Source of the DNA: a virus
Taxonomy: Duplodnaviria; Caudoviricetes
Length of the DNA stretch: 42,290 nt
Direction: 5' to 3' (one strand)
IMG/VR virus record: IMGVR_UViG_3300042507_007799
Location: 1 to 42,290 of that record
Of the stretch, positions 28,057 to 36,977 are shown piece after piece. Numbering within the stretch: the stretch's first letter is position 1; the number at the start of each line of letters is the position of its first letter. A program made the position numbers and the translations under genes. The notes below the pieces were generated by a model. The model did no database searches and was not told the DNA's origin. It saw only the letters and a program-made list of their open reading frames with translations.

Positions 28057-29739
28057 TCAAACATTGCTCCAAGGACCAGATGCAGAGGATAGCCCCAAGC
28101 CTGTTCCTGTGGTTAATTGAGTTACTCTCATATTGAATTGAGAACCAGTTACGGCCTCTGGAGTAGGCATTGTTTCGCCAGGATTGATTCGGAAGAATGG
28201 TTGAACTTTGGTTAATCCAGTAATTGTTACTACGCAATCAAATGTAAAATATTTATTAAATTTGCTATCTACAGACGAGTCAATTCCTAAATCGCCATCT
28301 GCATAAGTTGCATTAGCTCCGCTTTGGAATACGGCAGATGTTGATGAATCTCCAGTAATCAATCGAGAAAAAGCATTTTCATAAAAGTTAGTATAAGCAT
28401 ATACACTTTTAGATACAAGGCCCAATCTTTGAGTGAAATTATTGGCGTTACCAGTGATTCCCATCCAGATAGCTCTTTGAGTTCCTCCTTTATCCAATCT
28501 AGTATTATAATTAATATGGTAAGTTCCAGTATTTAAATAAATACCAGTGACCCCAAGCAATAAACTTGTTGTTCCAGTCCAAGAATTGCCAAAGAAATAA
28601 TTTAACGGAGAAACGTATGAATAAACTGGATTCAATGATGTTCTATTTGGCGATCCAGTAGTTTCATTAGTAAAATAAAATCTACCATCACTACCGTATT
28701 CAATTGCTCCGCCAGAAGCATTGGTTGTTAAATTACGATTTAATACTAGCGCTGGTGCAGAAGAAGTGCCGCTAGCGCTAACGCCACTTGTAATTGCTGC
28801 ACTACCAGTAAAAACTGCGTTGCCGCTAAATAAAGAGTTTCCAATTACAGCGAAACTTCCAGTATTTCTCGTTTCACCAATTAAAACTGTTGATCCTGAA
28901 TGATTAAAACTACCAGTATGAATAATATCGCCAGCAATGGCGTGTTGAGCGCCCGTGATACTACAACTTCCAGTTATATTAGTTACTCCGCTAACTCCAA
29001 AATCAGAAATGATATTAAATTTAGCGCTGTTGCCTGAAAAATTGAAAGCTGCACTAGTGGCATTGATAGAAACATTTCCTTTAAAAGAAGCGTCTCCAGT
29101 TTGATTGAAGGTTCCTGTATGGTTCCAACCCCCTGTTGAAAATAAAGAGCCAGATTGAGTAAAGGAACCAAAGAAGCTAGAATTTCCTGTTTGCGAAAAA
29201 TTGCCAGAAAATGTTTTATTTCCAGTAGCAGTAATGGTGCCATTGAAAATGCTATTGCCAGTTACATTTAAACTTCCACTAAAAGTATTTGTTCCAGCAG
29301 AGCTAATATCGCCGCTAAAATTAGCAGAGTTTAAATTTGTTGTTCCAGACAGAGTAACATTATTACCCGTGGAATTATTGAGTGTGGAAGCTGGAATTGT
29401 GGCATTTAATGTTCCTAAAACAGTTACATTTTGAAACACTCCATTAAATCCAGAAACCCCACTAAACCAACCTGTTTTAAAACGATTGGATTGACTGCCC
29501 AAATCAACACTAACATTTCCAGTTGGAAGGGCTGTTTGGATTGCATTTAATTGTGTTGGAGCGCCTAAAATCGCGCCACTAGAAAATACAGCTTGATTCG
29601 TGAATGTCTTGACGCCACCAATAGTTTGATCGCCAGTGGTTCGAGCTAATCCTGTGCCACCTAAAACAAGACCAGAATAAGCTGCTGTAACAGCTTGATC
29701 AATTTGCTGAGCGGAGTTTTGAAGAACGTAAGTTGCCAT
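28057..29739 (-). CDS. Tail fibre/spike protein
   Basis: TGDQTIGGVKTF fibre motif, DLGSQSNRFKTGW, and a long run of 6-aa (S/T)G repeats typical of a triple beta-helix. Confidence 0.7.
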   Translation of the reverse strand: MATYVLQNSAQQIDQAVTAAYSGLVLGGTGLARTTGDQTIGGVKTFTNQAVFSSGAILGAPTQLNAIQTALPTGNVSVDLGSQSNRFKTGWFSGVSGFNGVFQNVTVLGTLNATIPASTLNNSTGNNVTLSGTTNLNSANFSGDISSAGTNTFSGSLNVTGNSIFNGTITATGNKTFSGNFSQTGNSSFFGSFTQSGSLFSTGGWNHTGTFNQTGDASFKGNVSINATSAAFNFSGNSAKFNIISDFGVSGVTNITGSCSITGAQHAIAGDIIHTGSFNHSGSTVLIGETRNTGSFAVIGNSLFSGNAVFTGSAAITSGVSASGTSSAPALVLNRNLTTNASGGAIEYGSDGRFYFTNETTGSPNRTSLNPVYSYVSPLNYFFGNSWTGTTSLLLGVTGIYLNTGTYHINYNTRLDKGGTQRAIWMGITGNANNFTQRLGLVSKSVYAYTNFYENAFSRLITGDSSTSAVFQSGANATYADGDLGIDSSVDSKFNKYFTFDCVVTITGLTKVQPFFRINPGETMPTPEAVTGSQFNMRVTQLTTGTGLGLSSASGPWSNV

Positions 29740-29763
29740 ATTTTCCTTTTACCTTTAATATCA

Positions 29764-29769
29764 TTACAC
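29764..29769 (-). promoter_or_regulatory. GTGTAA motif before the minus-strand fibre gene
   Basis: 24 nt upstream of ATG 29739. Confidence 0.55.
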
Positions 29770-29967
29770 TAATCCAAGAGAATCGCCCTTGCGAACATCG
29801 TCCCAAGAAGCTTGGCCTTTGTTTTTCATTCTGCGCTTGAATTGGGAATAACAAACTGCGGCTCTTTGTTTTTGATCTTTATAGTCTTTTTGAACCATAT
29901 CATCCGCCATACAGCGGCTAACAAATTCTTGTTCTGTTTCTGATTTTTTTTTAGTAGGTAGGGGCAT
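29764..29967 (-). CDS. Small hypothetical phage protein (MPLPTKKKSETEQEFVSRCM...QRAAVCYSQF)
   Basis: ATG at 29967 lies 8 nt downstream of GTGTAA. Contains two Cys. Confidence 0.65.
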   Translation of the reverse strand: MPLPTKKKSETEQEFVSRCMADDMVQKDYKDQKQRAAVCYSQFKRRMKNKGQASWDDVRKGDSLGLV

Positions 29968-29975
29968 ATTAATAA

Positions 29976-29981
29976 TTACAC
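29976..29981 (-). promoter_or_regulatory. GTGTAA motif
   Basis: 8 nt upstream of ATG 29967. Confidence 0.6.
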
Positions 29982-29986
29982 TAAAA

Positions 29987-30646
29987 TTATTCTTTATATT
30001 GGAAATCAAAACCATAAATTGTTTTTCTTTTATATTTTGTCAAAACTTGTTGGATGCCAATCTCTGAAAATCCAGTTTTTTCAGAAGCTTCTTTAATTCC
30101 AAAGAATTCATTAATAATATTGCCGTTTTGATCTATTTGCATAATTTTTCTTTTATTGCTATCGCTTATTTTTTGCTTATGTCGCTCGTTAAATTTTTTA
30201 TTTTCCCAAAATTTACAATTATTTTCGCTCATTTTCTTTCTATGTTCTGCTGAAAATTTTTTTCCTAACCAATGTTTTTTATGATTAGTAGAAATTTTAC
30301 GCTTAGTTTCTTCGTCCCTTATTAGTCTATCCGCTCTTATTTCTAAATTATAACCTTTATTTTGTTTGCAAGCATCAAAAAAATCAATCCAAAACTGTTC
30401 TTTCTCAATTAAAACATTTTCTGAACAGATTTCTAAAACAGAAAAGAAAAAATTCTCTTCTCCATATTTATTGAAGGCGTTTTGTAATTTATTATTACTA
30501 TGCTTATTTGCTCTTAAGCAAGAAAAGTGCTGATTTCTCCTGTGTCTCATTTTATTACTGGAACCTATATATACAAGTCCATTAATAATATTTTTGATCA
30601 TGTAAACACCTGAAGACAGTGGTATTTTTCCTTTTTGGATAGACAT
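29987..30646 (-). mobile_element. Free-standing GIY-YIG homing endonuclease with NUMOD3/NUMOD1-like C-terminus
   Basis: GVYMIKN...YIGSS...R...H, EQFWID, GYNL, then KKFSAEHRKKMS-type repeats. Very AT-rich. Confidence 0.9.
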
Positions 30647-30649
30647 TAA

Positions 30650-31699
30650 TTAAATTACACTTTCTACGAAAAATTCAGCTATTGGTTTTAGTTTTTTATC
30701 GAAACTAGGGAGTTGATAAAAGGCGTCATAGTTTTTGCTAAACTTAATAGCGCAATTTAATACTTTGTTCTTTTTATGAGCTTTTAAAACATAGACTTCT
30801 TTTAAATACTCAACCATAATCTTCAAAAGATTAAAGTAGCCAGAGAAAGTTTTCATTTTTCTAAGGTATTGAGGGTCTATTTGTTTTTTTGAAAATTGAC
30901 AGTATTTTTCTAGCATCTTATCTTCAAAAGCTTCATCGAAGAAAAATTCATATCTAAGAGATAAAATATCCAAGATAGAGTCTCCCTTGTAGGCATTTTC
31001 CCAATTGATAGCATGAATGTAATCGCCTAAAATCAACATAGTAGATTGATTCAAGTTGCCGTGACATAGTTCGCCCGCGTCAAGATTAACTAGGTTTTTC
31101 TTATTTTTGAGAATGTTTTGAATGTATAGAATTTCTTCTGATAAGATTTTTTTGAGTTGATGATGGTTTTTTAACCAATCAATTTCTGCATCTGGAACTT
31201 TAAAAATATCAAAATTTAAATATTCATCCAAGTAATCAGACATTAGAGGAATTTCATCAACAATTTGAAATTGAGATAGTCTATTTAAAAAGAATGGAAC
31301 AGCATAGTCTTGATCTACTATAGACGCAATGCCAGCGCTTGCGATATTTGGCATGGGCAAATATCCAGTGATTAAATATTCAACAGAATTATCTATCCCA
31401 TAAGCTATGGGATAAGCGCTTATTTTTTTGCTTATATTCTTTTGCAAAATATCAAATTCTTTTTTAAAGCCAGAAGATGCAGTATCCAAAGATAGTTTTA
31501 TACAAAACTTCCCTAAAGAAGTTTTCACGCAAAAAATATCATTATTAATATTAGCGTCAATAAAATCAATTTGATGAATTTTACCAAGTTCTTTTTCGGC
31601 AAATAGTTTTTCAATTAAAACTTTTTCATTTTCATAAACTTCTTGTTGGCGAGAAAAAATATAAACTTTTTCATTGAAAAGATTAGCGACTCTTGGCAT
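30650..31699 (-). CDS. APH/choline-kinase-fold protein with degenerate catalytic motifs
   Basis: FCIKL, KKEFDIL, LCHGNL and AINWENAYKGD, compared with canonical HGD and IDWE. Confidence 0.7.
   Translation of the reverse strand: MPRVANLFNEKVYIFSRQQEVYENEKVLIEKLFAEKELGKIHQIDFIDANINNDIFCVKTSLGKFCIKLSLDTASSGFKKEFDILQKNISKKISAYPIAYGIDNSVEYLITGYLPMPNIASAGIASIVDQDYAVPFFLNRLSQFQIVDEIPLMSDYLDEYLNFDIFKVPDAEIDWLKNHHQLKKILSEEILYIQNILKNKKNLVNLDAGELCHGNLNQSTMLILGDYIHAINWENAYKGDSILDILSLRYEFFFDEAFEDKMLEKYCQFSKKQIDPQYLRKMKTFSGYFNLLKIMVEYLKEVYVLKAHKKNKVLNCAIKFSKNYDAFYQLPSFDKKLKPIAEFFVESVI
30655..30660 (-). promoter_or_regulatory. GTGTAA motif before the GIY-YIG gene
   Basis: 8 nt upstream of ATG 30646. Confidence 0.6.
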
Positions 31700-31706
31700 A
31701 TCTATA

Positions 31707-31740
31707 ATAAAAAGAAACCCCTCGAATTCGAGGGGTTTCT
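31707..31740 (-). terminator. Intrinsic terminator formed by a perfect 28-bp palindrome
   Basis: AGAAACCCCTCGAATTCGAGGGGTTTCT (31713-31740) followed by a T tract on the minus strand, just downstream of ORF 31758-31973. Confidence 0.85.
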
Positions 31741-31757
31741 AATTCATGTTTCTTACA

Positions 31758-31973
31758 TTAAGCGATCACCTTACTGCCTTGACGGTAGCCAGCCAAGCTA
31801 CTCTTGGCTAGAGTAAGGTTTTCATCGCGATTCCGATCATATACGCGCACATACTTAGGAGTTTCAGAGACAAAACGACCATTCACGGAATTACCTTGAG
31901 TGGTAGTCAGACCGAAGAAACGGCCACGGCTAGAGCGCATTGCGCTAACAATCTTATTAGTTTGAGTATTCAT
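31758..31973 (-). CDS. Small basic protein, possibly Sm/Hfq-like fold
   Basis: Helix followed by QGNSVNG and LAKSSL, with spacing like Hfq NGIKLQG and VYKHAI. Confidence 0.45.
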   Translation of the reverse strand: MNTQTNKIVSAMRSSRGRFFGLTTTQGNSVNGRFVSETPKYVRVYDRNRDENLTLAKSSLAGYRQGSKVIA

Positions 31974-31994
31974 TGCTCAGTAATTACGTTCTCG

Positions 31995-34376
31995 TTATTC
32001 AAATATTACTTCAGCGTTAGAGATTTTTGCGGAAATTTCTGGCTTGGAATTTTGCAGCATAAATTTGGCCAATGGGACTTCCAAGTATTGACGATAAATT
32101 TTTTGAATAGACCGAGCGTTATTGCCGTTTTCTTCAATCTTTTTTAATAAAAATTCTTTTGTATCTTCTGAGATTTGAATTTTTTTATTATTCTGACGAA
32201 GAGATTCAGATGTTTTTTCAATCATCTTGTCAAAAATTTTCTGAAATTCATTCTTCGAAATCTTATTAAACACAACAATATCATCTAATCTGGCTAGAAA
32301 TTCTGGCTTGAAAAAGTTTTCGATTGATTTCTTATATTTAGAATCTTGAGTTTCCTGAACTGGCAAGAAACCCATTGATGGTTTAGAAACTTGTTCATGC
32401 CCAAGATTGCTGGTCAGAATAATAATAGAGTTTGAAAAATCAATTTTGCGACCCATGCTATCTGTTAAATAACCATCGTCTAAAATTTGAAGCAGCAAGT
32501 TATTAATATCTCTATGAGATTTTTCAATTTCGTCAAAAAGCACAACACTATTTGGATGATTTCTAACAAACTCTGTTAGAACGCCACCATCTTCACATTT
32601 TACATAACCGATTGCTGAACCAATTAATTTATTGATTGAACTAGATTCTTGGTATTCGCTCATGTCAAGCTTTAACAAGCTTTTCTCATTCCCAAAAAAC
32701 TTTTCCGCAATTAGTCTTGCTGTCCAAGTTTTCCCAACGCCTGTTGGGCCAACAAATAAAAACTTACCCATTGGTTTGTTTTTTGGTTTAAGACCAGCCT
32801 TTGAGCAGATTAGAATATCGCTTATTTTAACCAAAGCTTCGTCTTGGCCAAAAATATCATTCTTTAGGATGTCAAAGATGTTTTCGTTTTGAAGATTATT
32901 GGCAAAAATAATTTTATTCTTATTAATACTAAGCTTTTCAGCAAAGGTATCAATAATATTTTCTGTTGAAATCGGAACAAATTTTCTTCCCTTTTCAGCC
33001 CATTCGATTAGCTTTTGCCCAAATTCTTCAATCATTTTTTCGCAATCATTAGACTTTTTGGAGTCATGAATTTTGTTTAGATTTTTTTGAATCTTTTTCT
33101 CAAGATTCTTGATTTTTTTAGGTATCACAAAGTTTGCAATTTTAGCTTTTGAACCCAATAAATCAAGAACATCAAAAGCTTTATCTGGAAACTTTTTATA
33201 AGGCATGTATTTTTCGCAAAGAAAAATAATATCTTCAATTACTTGTTCTGAATAAGTGACGCCATGAAATTCTTCAAACTGAATTTTTGAAGACATTAGG
33301 ATTTTTTTTGTTTGCTCCTTATCTGGTTCTTCTATTGTGATAGCCTCAAAACGGCGTTTTAAAGCACCATCATTCTCAAAAAGCTTCTTGTATTCAACAT
33401 GTGTTGTTGCACCTACACAAGTGATTTCTCCGCGTGCTAGGGCTGGCTTGAGCATGTTTGCGACATCAAGCGCTCCCTCACCATTGCCAGCGCCAATCAT
33501 TGTGTGAATTTCATCAATGAAAACAATATAATTGTTATTTGCCTTGAGTTCGTCTAAGAGTCCTTGGAATCTTTGCTCAAATTGACCGCGATATTTTGTG
33601 CCAGCAATCATAGAGGCCATATTTAAAGAAATAAGAATTTTATTCTTTAATAATGGAGTCGTTTCATCTGCTAAGATTTTGTAAGCCAATCCTTCAATAA
33701 TGGCAGTTTTACCAACGCCAGGATCTCCAATCAAAATAATATTATTCTTTGTTTTTCTTAAAAGAGTTTCTGTAAGAAGGGAAATTTCAGTTTCCCTGCC
33801 ATAAATATTATTCAGTTTATTGTTTAGGGCTAACTCAGTCAAATTAGTGCAGTATTTTTTGATATATGTTAATTTATCAGAGGCTTCTTCATAAACTTCT
33901 GGAACAGTTTCTACTTTTTTCTTCACTGCATTAGGGTCTAAATGACTCATTAATAATTCAGCAAAATCACTAATTGGGAACTTTCCATATTCCAAAAATC
34001 CTCGGATGGTTGGTGATGTCATCACTAAAGCATACAACACATGTTCGACTCCAATATATTCTTGTTTCAAATTTAAACTTGTTTCATTCGCAAATTTAAG
34101 AATCTCTTCAATTTCATTATGCCAAGTTTTTTGATTTGTTTTCTTTTTGAAGAACTCTGGATGATTTTGCTCAACAAATGGAATAATTTTTTCGGCTAAT
34201 TCATATTGATTAATCATGAATGGTCTAAAAATTGTCCTAAACATTGGATAATCTAACTCCATTACTGTTTTAAATATGTGTGCGCAATTAATTCTCTCAT
34301 GTCCTAAAGACTTCGCAAGTTCTTGCGCTTGTTCTAAGGCTTTTTTGACTCGCGGAGTCAAGTTGAAATTTTTCAT
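31995..34376 (-). CDS. clpC: ClpA/ClpC-family AAA+ unfoldase
   Basis: Clp N-domain repeats, GDPGVGKT, FIDEIH, LKPALARG, FPDKAFD, GPTGVGKT, DMSEY, FDEIEK and an SMGF loop. The start may be 34382 or 34376. Confidence 0.9.
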   Translation of the reverse strand: MKNFNLTPRVKKALEQAQELAKSLGHERINCAHIFKTVMELDYPMFRTIFRPFMINQYELAEKIIPFVEQNHPEFFKKKTNQKTWHNEIEEILKFANETSLNLKQEYIGVEHVLYALVMTSPTIRGFLEYGKFPISDFAELLMSHLDPNAVKKKVETVPEVYEEASDKLTYIKKYCTNLTELALNNKLNNIYGRETEISLLTETLLRKTKNNIILIGDPGVGKTAIIEGLAYKILADETTPLLKNKILISLNMASMIAGTKYRGQFEQRFQGLLDELKANNNYIVFIDEIHTMIGAGNGEGALDVANMLKPALARGEITCVGATTHVEYKKLFENDGALKRRFEAITIEEPDKEQTKKILMSSKIQFEEFHGVTYSEQVIEDIIFLCEKYMPYKKFPDKAFDVLDLLGSKAKIANFVIPKKIKNLEKKIQKNLNKIHDSKKSNDCEKMIEEFGQKLIEWAEKGRKFVPISTENIIDTFAEKLSINKNKIIFANNLQNENIFDILKNDIFGQDEALVKISDILICSKAGLKPKNKPMGKFLFVGPTGVGKTWTARLIAEKFFGNEKSLLKLDMSEYQESSSINKLIGSAIGYVKCEDGGVLTEFVRNHPNSVVLFDEIEKSHRDINNLLLQILDDGYLTDSMGRKIDFSNSIIILTSNLGHEQVSKPSMGFLPVQETQDSKYKKSIENFFKPEFLARLDDIVVFNKISKNEFQKIFDKMIEKTSESLRQNNKKIQISEDTKEFLLKKIEENGNNARSIQKIYRQYLEVPLAKFMLQNSKPEISAKISNAEVIFE

Positions 34377-34386
34377 CCTCATGTTT

Positions 34387-34392
34387 TTACAC
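34387..34392 (-). promoter_or_regulatory. GTGTAA motif before the clpC-like gene
   Basis: 10 nt upstream of ATG 34376. Confidence 0.6.
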
Positions 34393-36947
34393 TATTTAAT
34401 TTCGGACAGTTTCATATAAATTTTCTCATCCAAGATTGCTAATTTATCTACGAACAAGATGTCTTCTCCTTTTTTACCAGTTACGATTACAATGTTTTCT
34501 TCTTTGGGTAATTTATTGCCATTATCAAGATATTCTGTTAGTCTAGCTTTTTGACGAGAATCAAGAAGCATTGCTTTAATTTTTCCTGTTTCATCAGCGA
34601 TTTCAAGTTTTGCATACTTGTTTCCATTAGTGCTTTTCTTGCGGAAGCAGTCTTTTACCACACCTACCATACGCACGTTCTCATTGATGTCAAGAGAGTT
34701 GAAAGTCATGCAGTTAACATACCTTTCTGAACTCTGCTCTGAAAAGATGTTTTTAATAATTTGCGAATAAGAGTATCCAAGCAATTTAGTTTCAAAATAC
34801 CAATTGGCAAATTTTGGATATTTTGAGTTTTTATCATAGATTTCTCGATAACCAGCATATTTTTGCTTGAATGTTTGAAACCTCTTATCACTCATGATCA
34901 CTTTATTATCATCGCCAATTTGTTTATTTTTGACGCAATCATGAATTGTTTTCAAAATATCAAAGTCATATTTCTCGCCCAAAGAGCAGAATAAACGCTT
35001 TTCTCTATCAGTTAGAATATTAAATGACTGAGCTTCCAAAACCATTCGGCAACGATCTTCTGAAAAACTATTTAATGCTCCAGCTTGCACAAGTGCAGAC
35101 AAAGCGCCAATATTTAACCCAACTTGCTTAGCCACTGAAAAAACATCATATTTGTTTTTTAATTCAGCGTTACAGAATTCCATCAAAGCGCTCATTGTAT
35201 TATCCGAAATTCCTTTGATGCTATTCAAGCCATAACGAATATCAGATTTCTCAATTGAGAAGTCGGTCTTGGATTTTGTGAGGTCTGGTGCCAAAAGCTT
35301 TATGTCAAAATATGGAAGCTCTTGGGTAATTTTATTAATTTCTGAGTATGAATCAGGCTCAAACTGCGTCATCTTCAATAAGCTCAAAAAGAAATTCTGA
35401 GGATATTTAAACTTCAAATAAAGAGTCCATGCGGCAAGAATTGCGTAAGAAATGGAGTGAGATTTGTTGAAAGAGTAGTTTGCAGAGTCTTCTGCCACCT
35501 TCCACAAAACTTCTCCAATAACAGGATCAAGATTATTTTGCTGGATTTTTTCTTTGATCTTGTCTTGCCAAGCAGACATTTGATCAACTTTCTTTTTACC
35601 TACAATACGACGAAGCTGTTCTGATTCATCAAGTGTGAAACCAACCTTAACAGCCATTCGCATCAACTGTTCTTGATAAAGAGGAATGCCTCCAGTGTAT
35701 TCCAAAATATCATCAAAGAATGGGTGAACACTTTGGAAATCGCCAACATTAACATATTGAGCGTATCGGTCCAAGAAATCCAAGGCTCCAGGGCGAGCAA
35801 TTGCCACCACTGCTGAAAGCTGCTCTAGGTTTTTTGGCCTAACTTTTTGAGCAACTTTAAAGTTTGTATCAGCTTCGATCTGGAACAGTCCTTGCGGAGT
35901 TTGAAGATTTTGCAAGTAGTCATAAATGTCTTTGCTTTGCAAATCGAGTTTTGTAATATCAAAGCCAATTTGTTTGCAAACGTCTTGAATAACAGAAAGG
36001 GTTCTCAAACCCAAAATGTCAAATTTAACGCACAAACTAGCAACATCATTCATGTCATAACCAGAAACAAGATCACCTTCGCCAGTTGTTTGAAGAGGCA
36101 TAATCTCTTCCAAGTCATAGTGACTGATTGCAATGCCCGATGGATGAACGCCAGTATTTTTCACCAAGCCTTCAAGCTTTTGAGCAATTTCAAAGATTTT
36201 TTTATTTTCATTCGCCCATTCTCTAAACTTGTCATTTTCTTGGCAAGCATTTTTGAGACTTGCAACTTTACCAAATTTCTTGGGAATCAAGTCGCTGATT
36301 TCATTTACTGATGATTCTGGTAGCTCGCCAACAAGTTTTCCGCATTCCTTTACGCAAAGTTTACTGCTCAAAGTATTGAGCGTAAGAATTTTACATGTTT
36401 TGCCAGCATATTTCTCTTCAATAAACTTGATCACTTCTTGACGACGTTCGTAAGCAATATCGTTATCAACATCGGCAAGCAGAGAACCGTCCAAATAAGT
36501 CTCTCCATCAACGATAATCTTCTTGGCTCGACTCTTCGAAACAAATCGCTCAAAATACAGTTCGTACTGAATAGGGTCAACCTTAGTTACGCCAATCAAA
36601 TACAGCACCAAAGAACCTGCTGCTGATCCACGGCCAGGGCCAGTTGGAATTCCGTTCTCATGGCAGAACTTCAAAATGTCCCAATTCAAGAGAACATAAT
36701 CAATAAACCCAAGCTCTTCAAATAAGCTAAGCTCTGTTTTAACTCGCTCATAATAAATTTGAGCGTTTTGTTTTTTGTCAATTTCTTTTTCTAAAACTCC
36801 CTTGTGACATAGCTTACGAAGAAACTGATAATTTGAAGAGGTGTTTGGGATTCCCAGAATATCATAGTATTTTTGTTCAATGATGATTTGTGGAAGTTTA
36901 ACACCAGGAAGTGTTGGCTGCTGATATTTTTGAAAGTTTTCGATCAT
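34392..36947 (-). CDS. dnaE: DNA polymerase III alpha catalytic core, lacking the PHP domain
   Basis: GPGRGSAAGS, FERF, ADVDND, HPSGI, KFDILGLRTL, YQEQLM, SFNKSH and a C-terminal OB fold. Confidence 0.95.
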   Translation of the reverse strand: MIENFQKYQQPTLPGVKLPQIIIEQKYYDILGIPNTSSNYQFLRKLCHKGVLEKEIDKKQNAQIYYERVKTELSLFEELGFIDYVLLNWDILKFCHENGIPTGPGRGSAAGSLVLYLIGVTKVDPIQYELYFERFVSKSRAKKIIVDGETYLDGSLLADVDNDIAYERRQEVIKFIEEKYAGKTCKILTLNTLSSKLCVKECGKLVGELPESSVNEISDLIPKKFGKVASLKNACQENDKFREWANENKKIFEIAQKLEGLVKNTGVHPSGIAISHYDLEEIMPLQTTGEGDLVSGYDMNDVASLCVKFDILGLRTLSVIQDVCKQIGFDITKLDLQSKDIYDYLQNLQTPQGLFQIEADTNFKVAQKVRPKNLEQLSAVVAIARPGALDFLDRYAQYVNVGDFQSVHPFFDDILEYTGGIPLYQEQLMRMAVKVGFTLDESEQLRRIVGKKKVDQMSAWQDKIKEKIQQNNLDPVIGEVLWKVAEDSANYSFNKSHSISYAILAAWTLYLKFKYPQNFFLSLLKMTQFEPDSYSEINKITQELPYFDIKLLAPDLTKSKTDFSIEKSDIRYGLNSIKGISDNTMSALMEFCNAELKNKYDVFSVAKQVGLNIGALSALVQAGALNSFSEDRCRMVLEAQSFNILTDREKRLFCSLGEKYDFDILKTIHDCVKNKQIGDDNKVIMSDKRFQTFKQKYAGYREIYDKNSKYPKFANWYFETKLLGYSYSQIIKNIFSEQSSERYVNCMTFNSLDINENVRMVGVVKDCFRKKSTNGNKYAKLEIADETGKIKAMLLDSRQKARLTEYLDNGNKLPKEENIVIVTGKKGEDILFVDKLAILDEKIYMKLSEIK

Positions 36948-36960
36948 TAGATGAATAAAA

Positions 36961-36966
36961 GTGTAA
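36961..36966 (+). promoter_or_regulatory. GTGTAA motif before the LAGLIDADG gene
   Basis: 11 nt upstream of ATG 36978. Confidence 0.6.
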
Positions 36967-36977
36967 TATCTACTGCT

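Noticed and set aside
28055-28237. N-terminal extension of ORF 27395-28237
   Set aside because: It overlaps the fibre gene in another frame. The ATG at 28054 directly follows the fibre stop.
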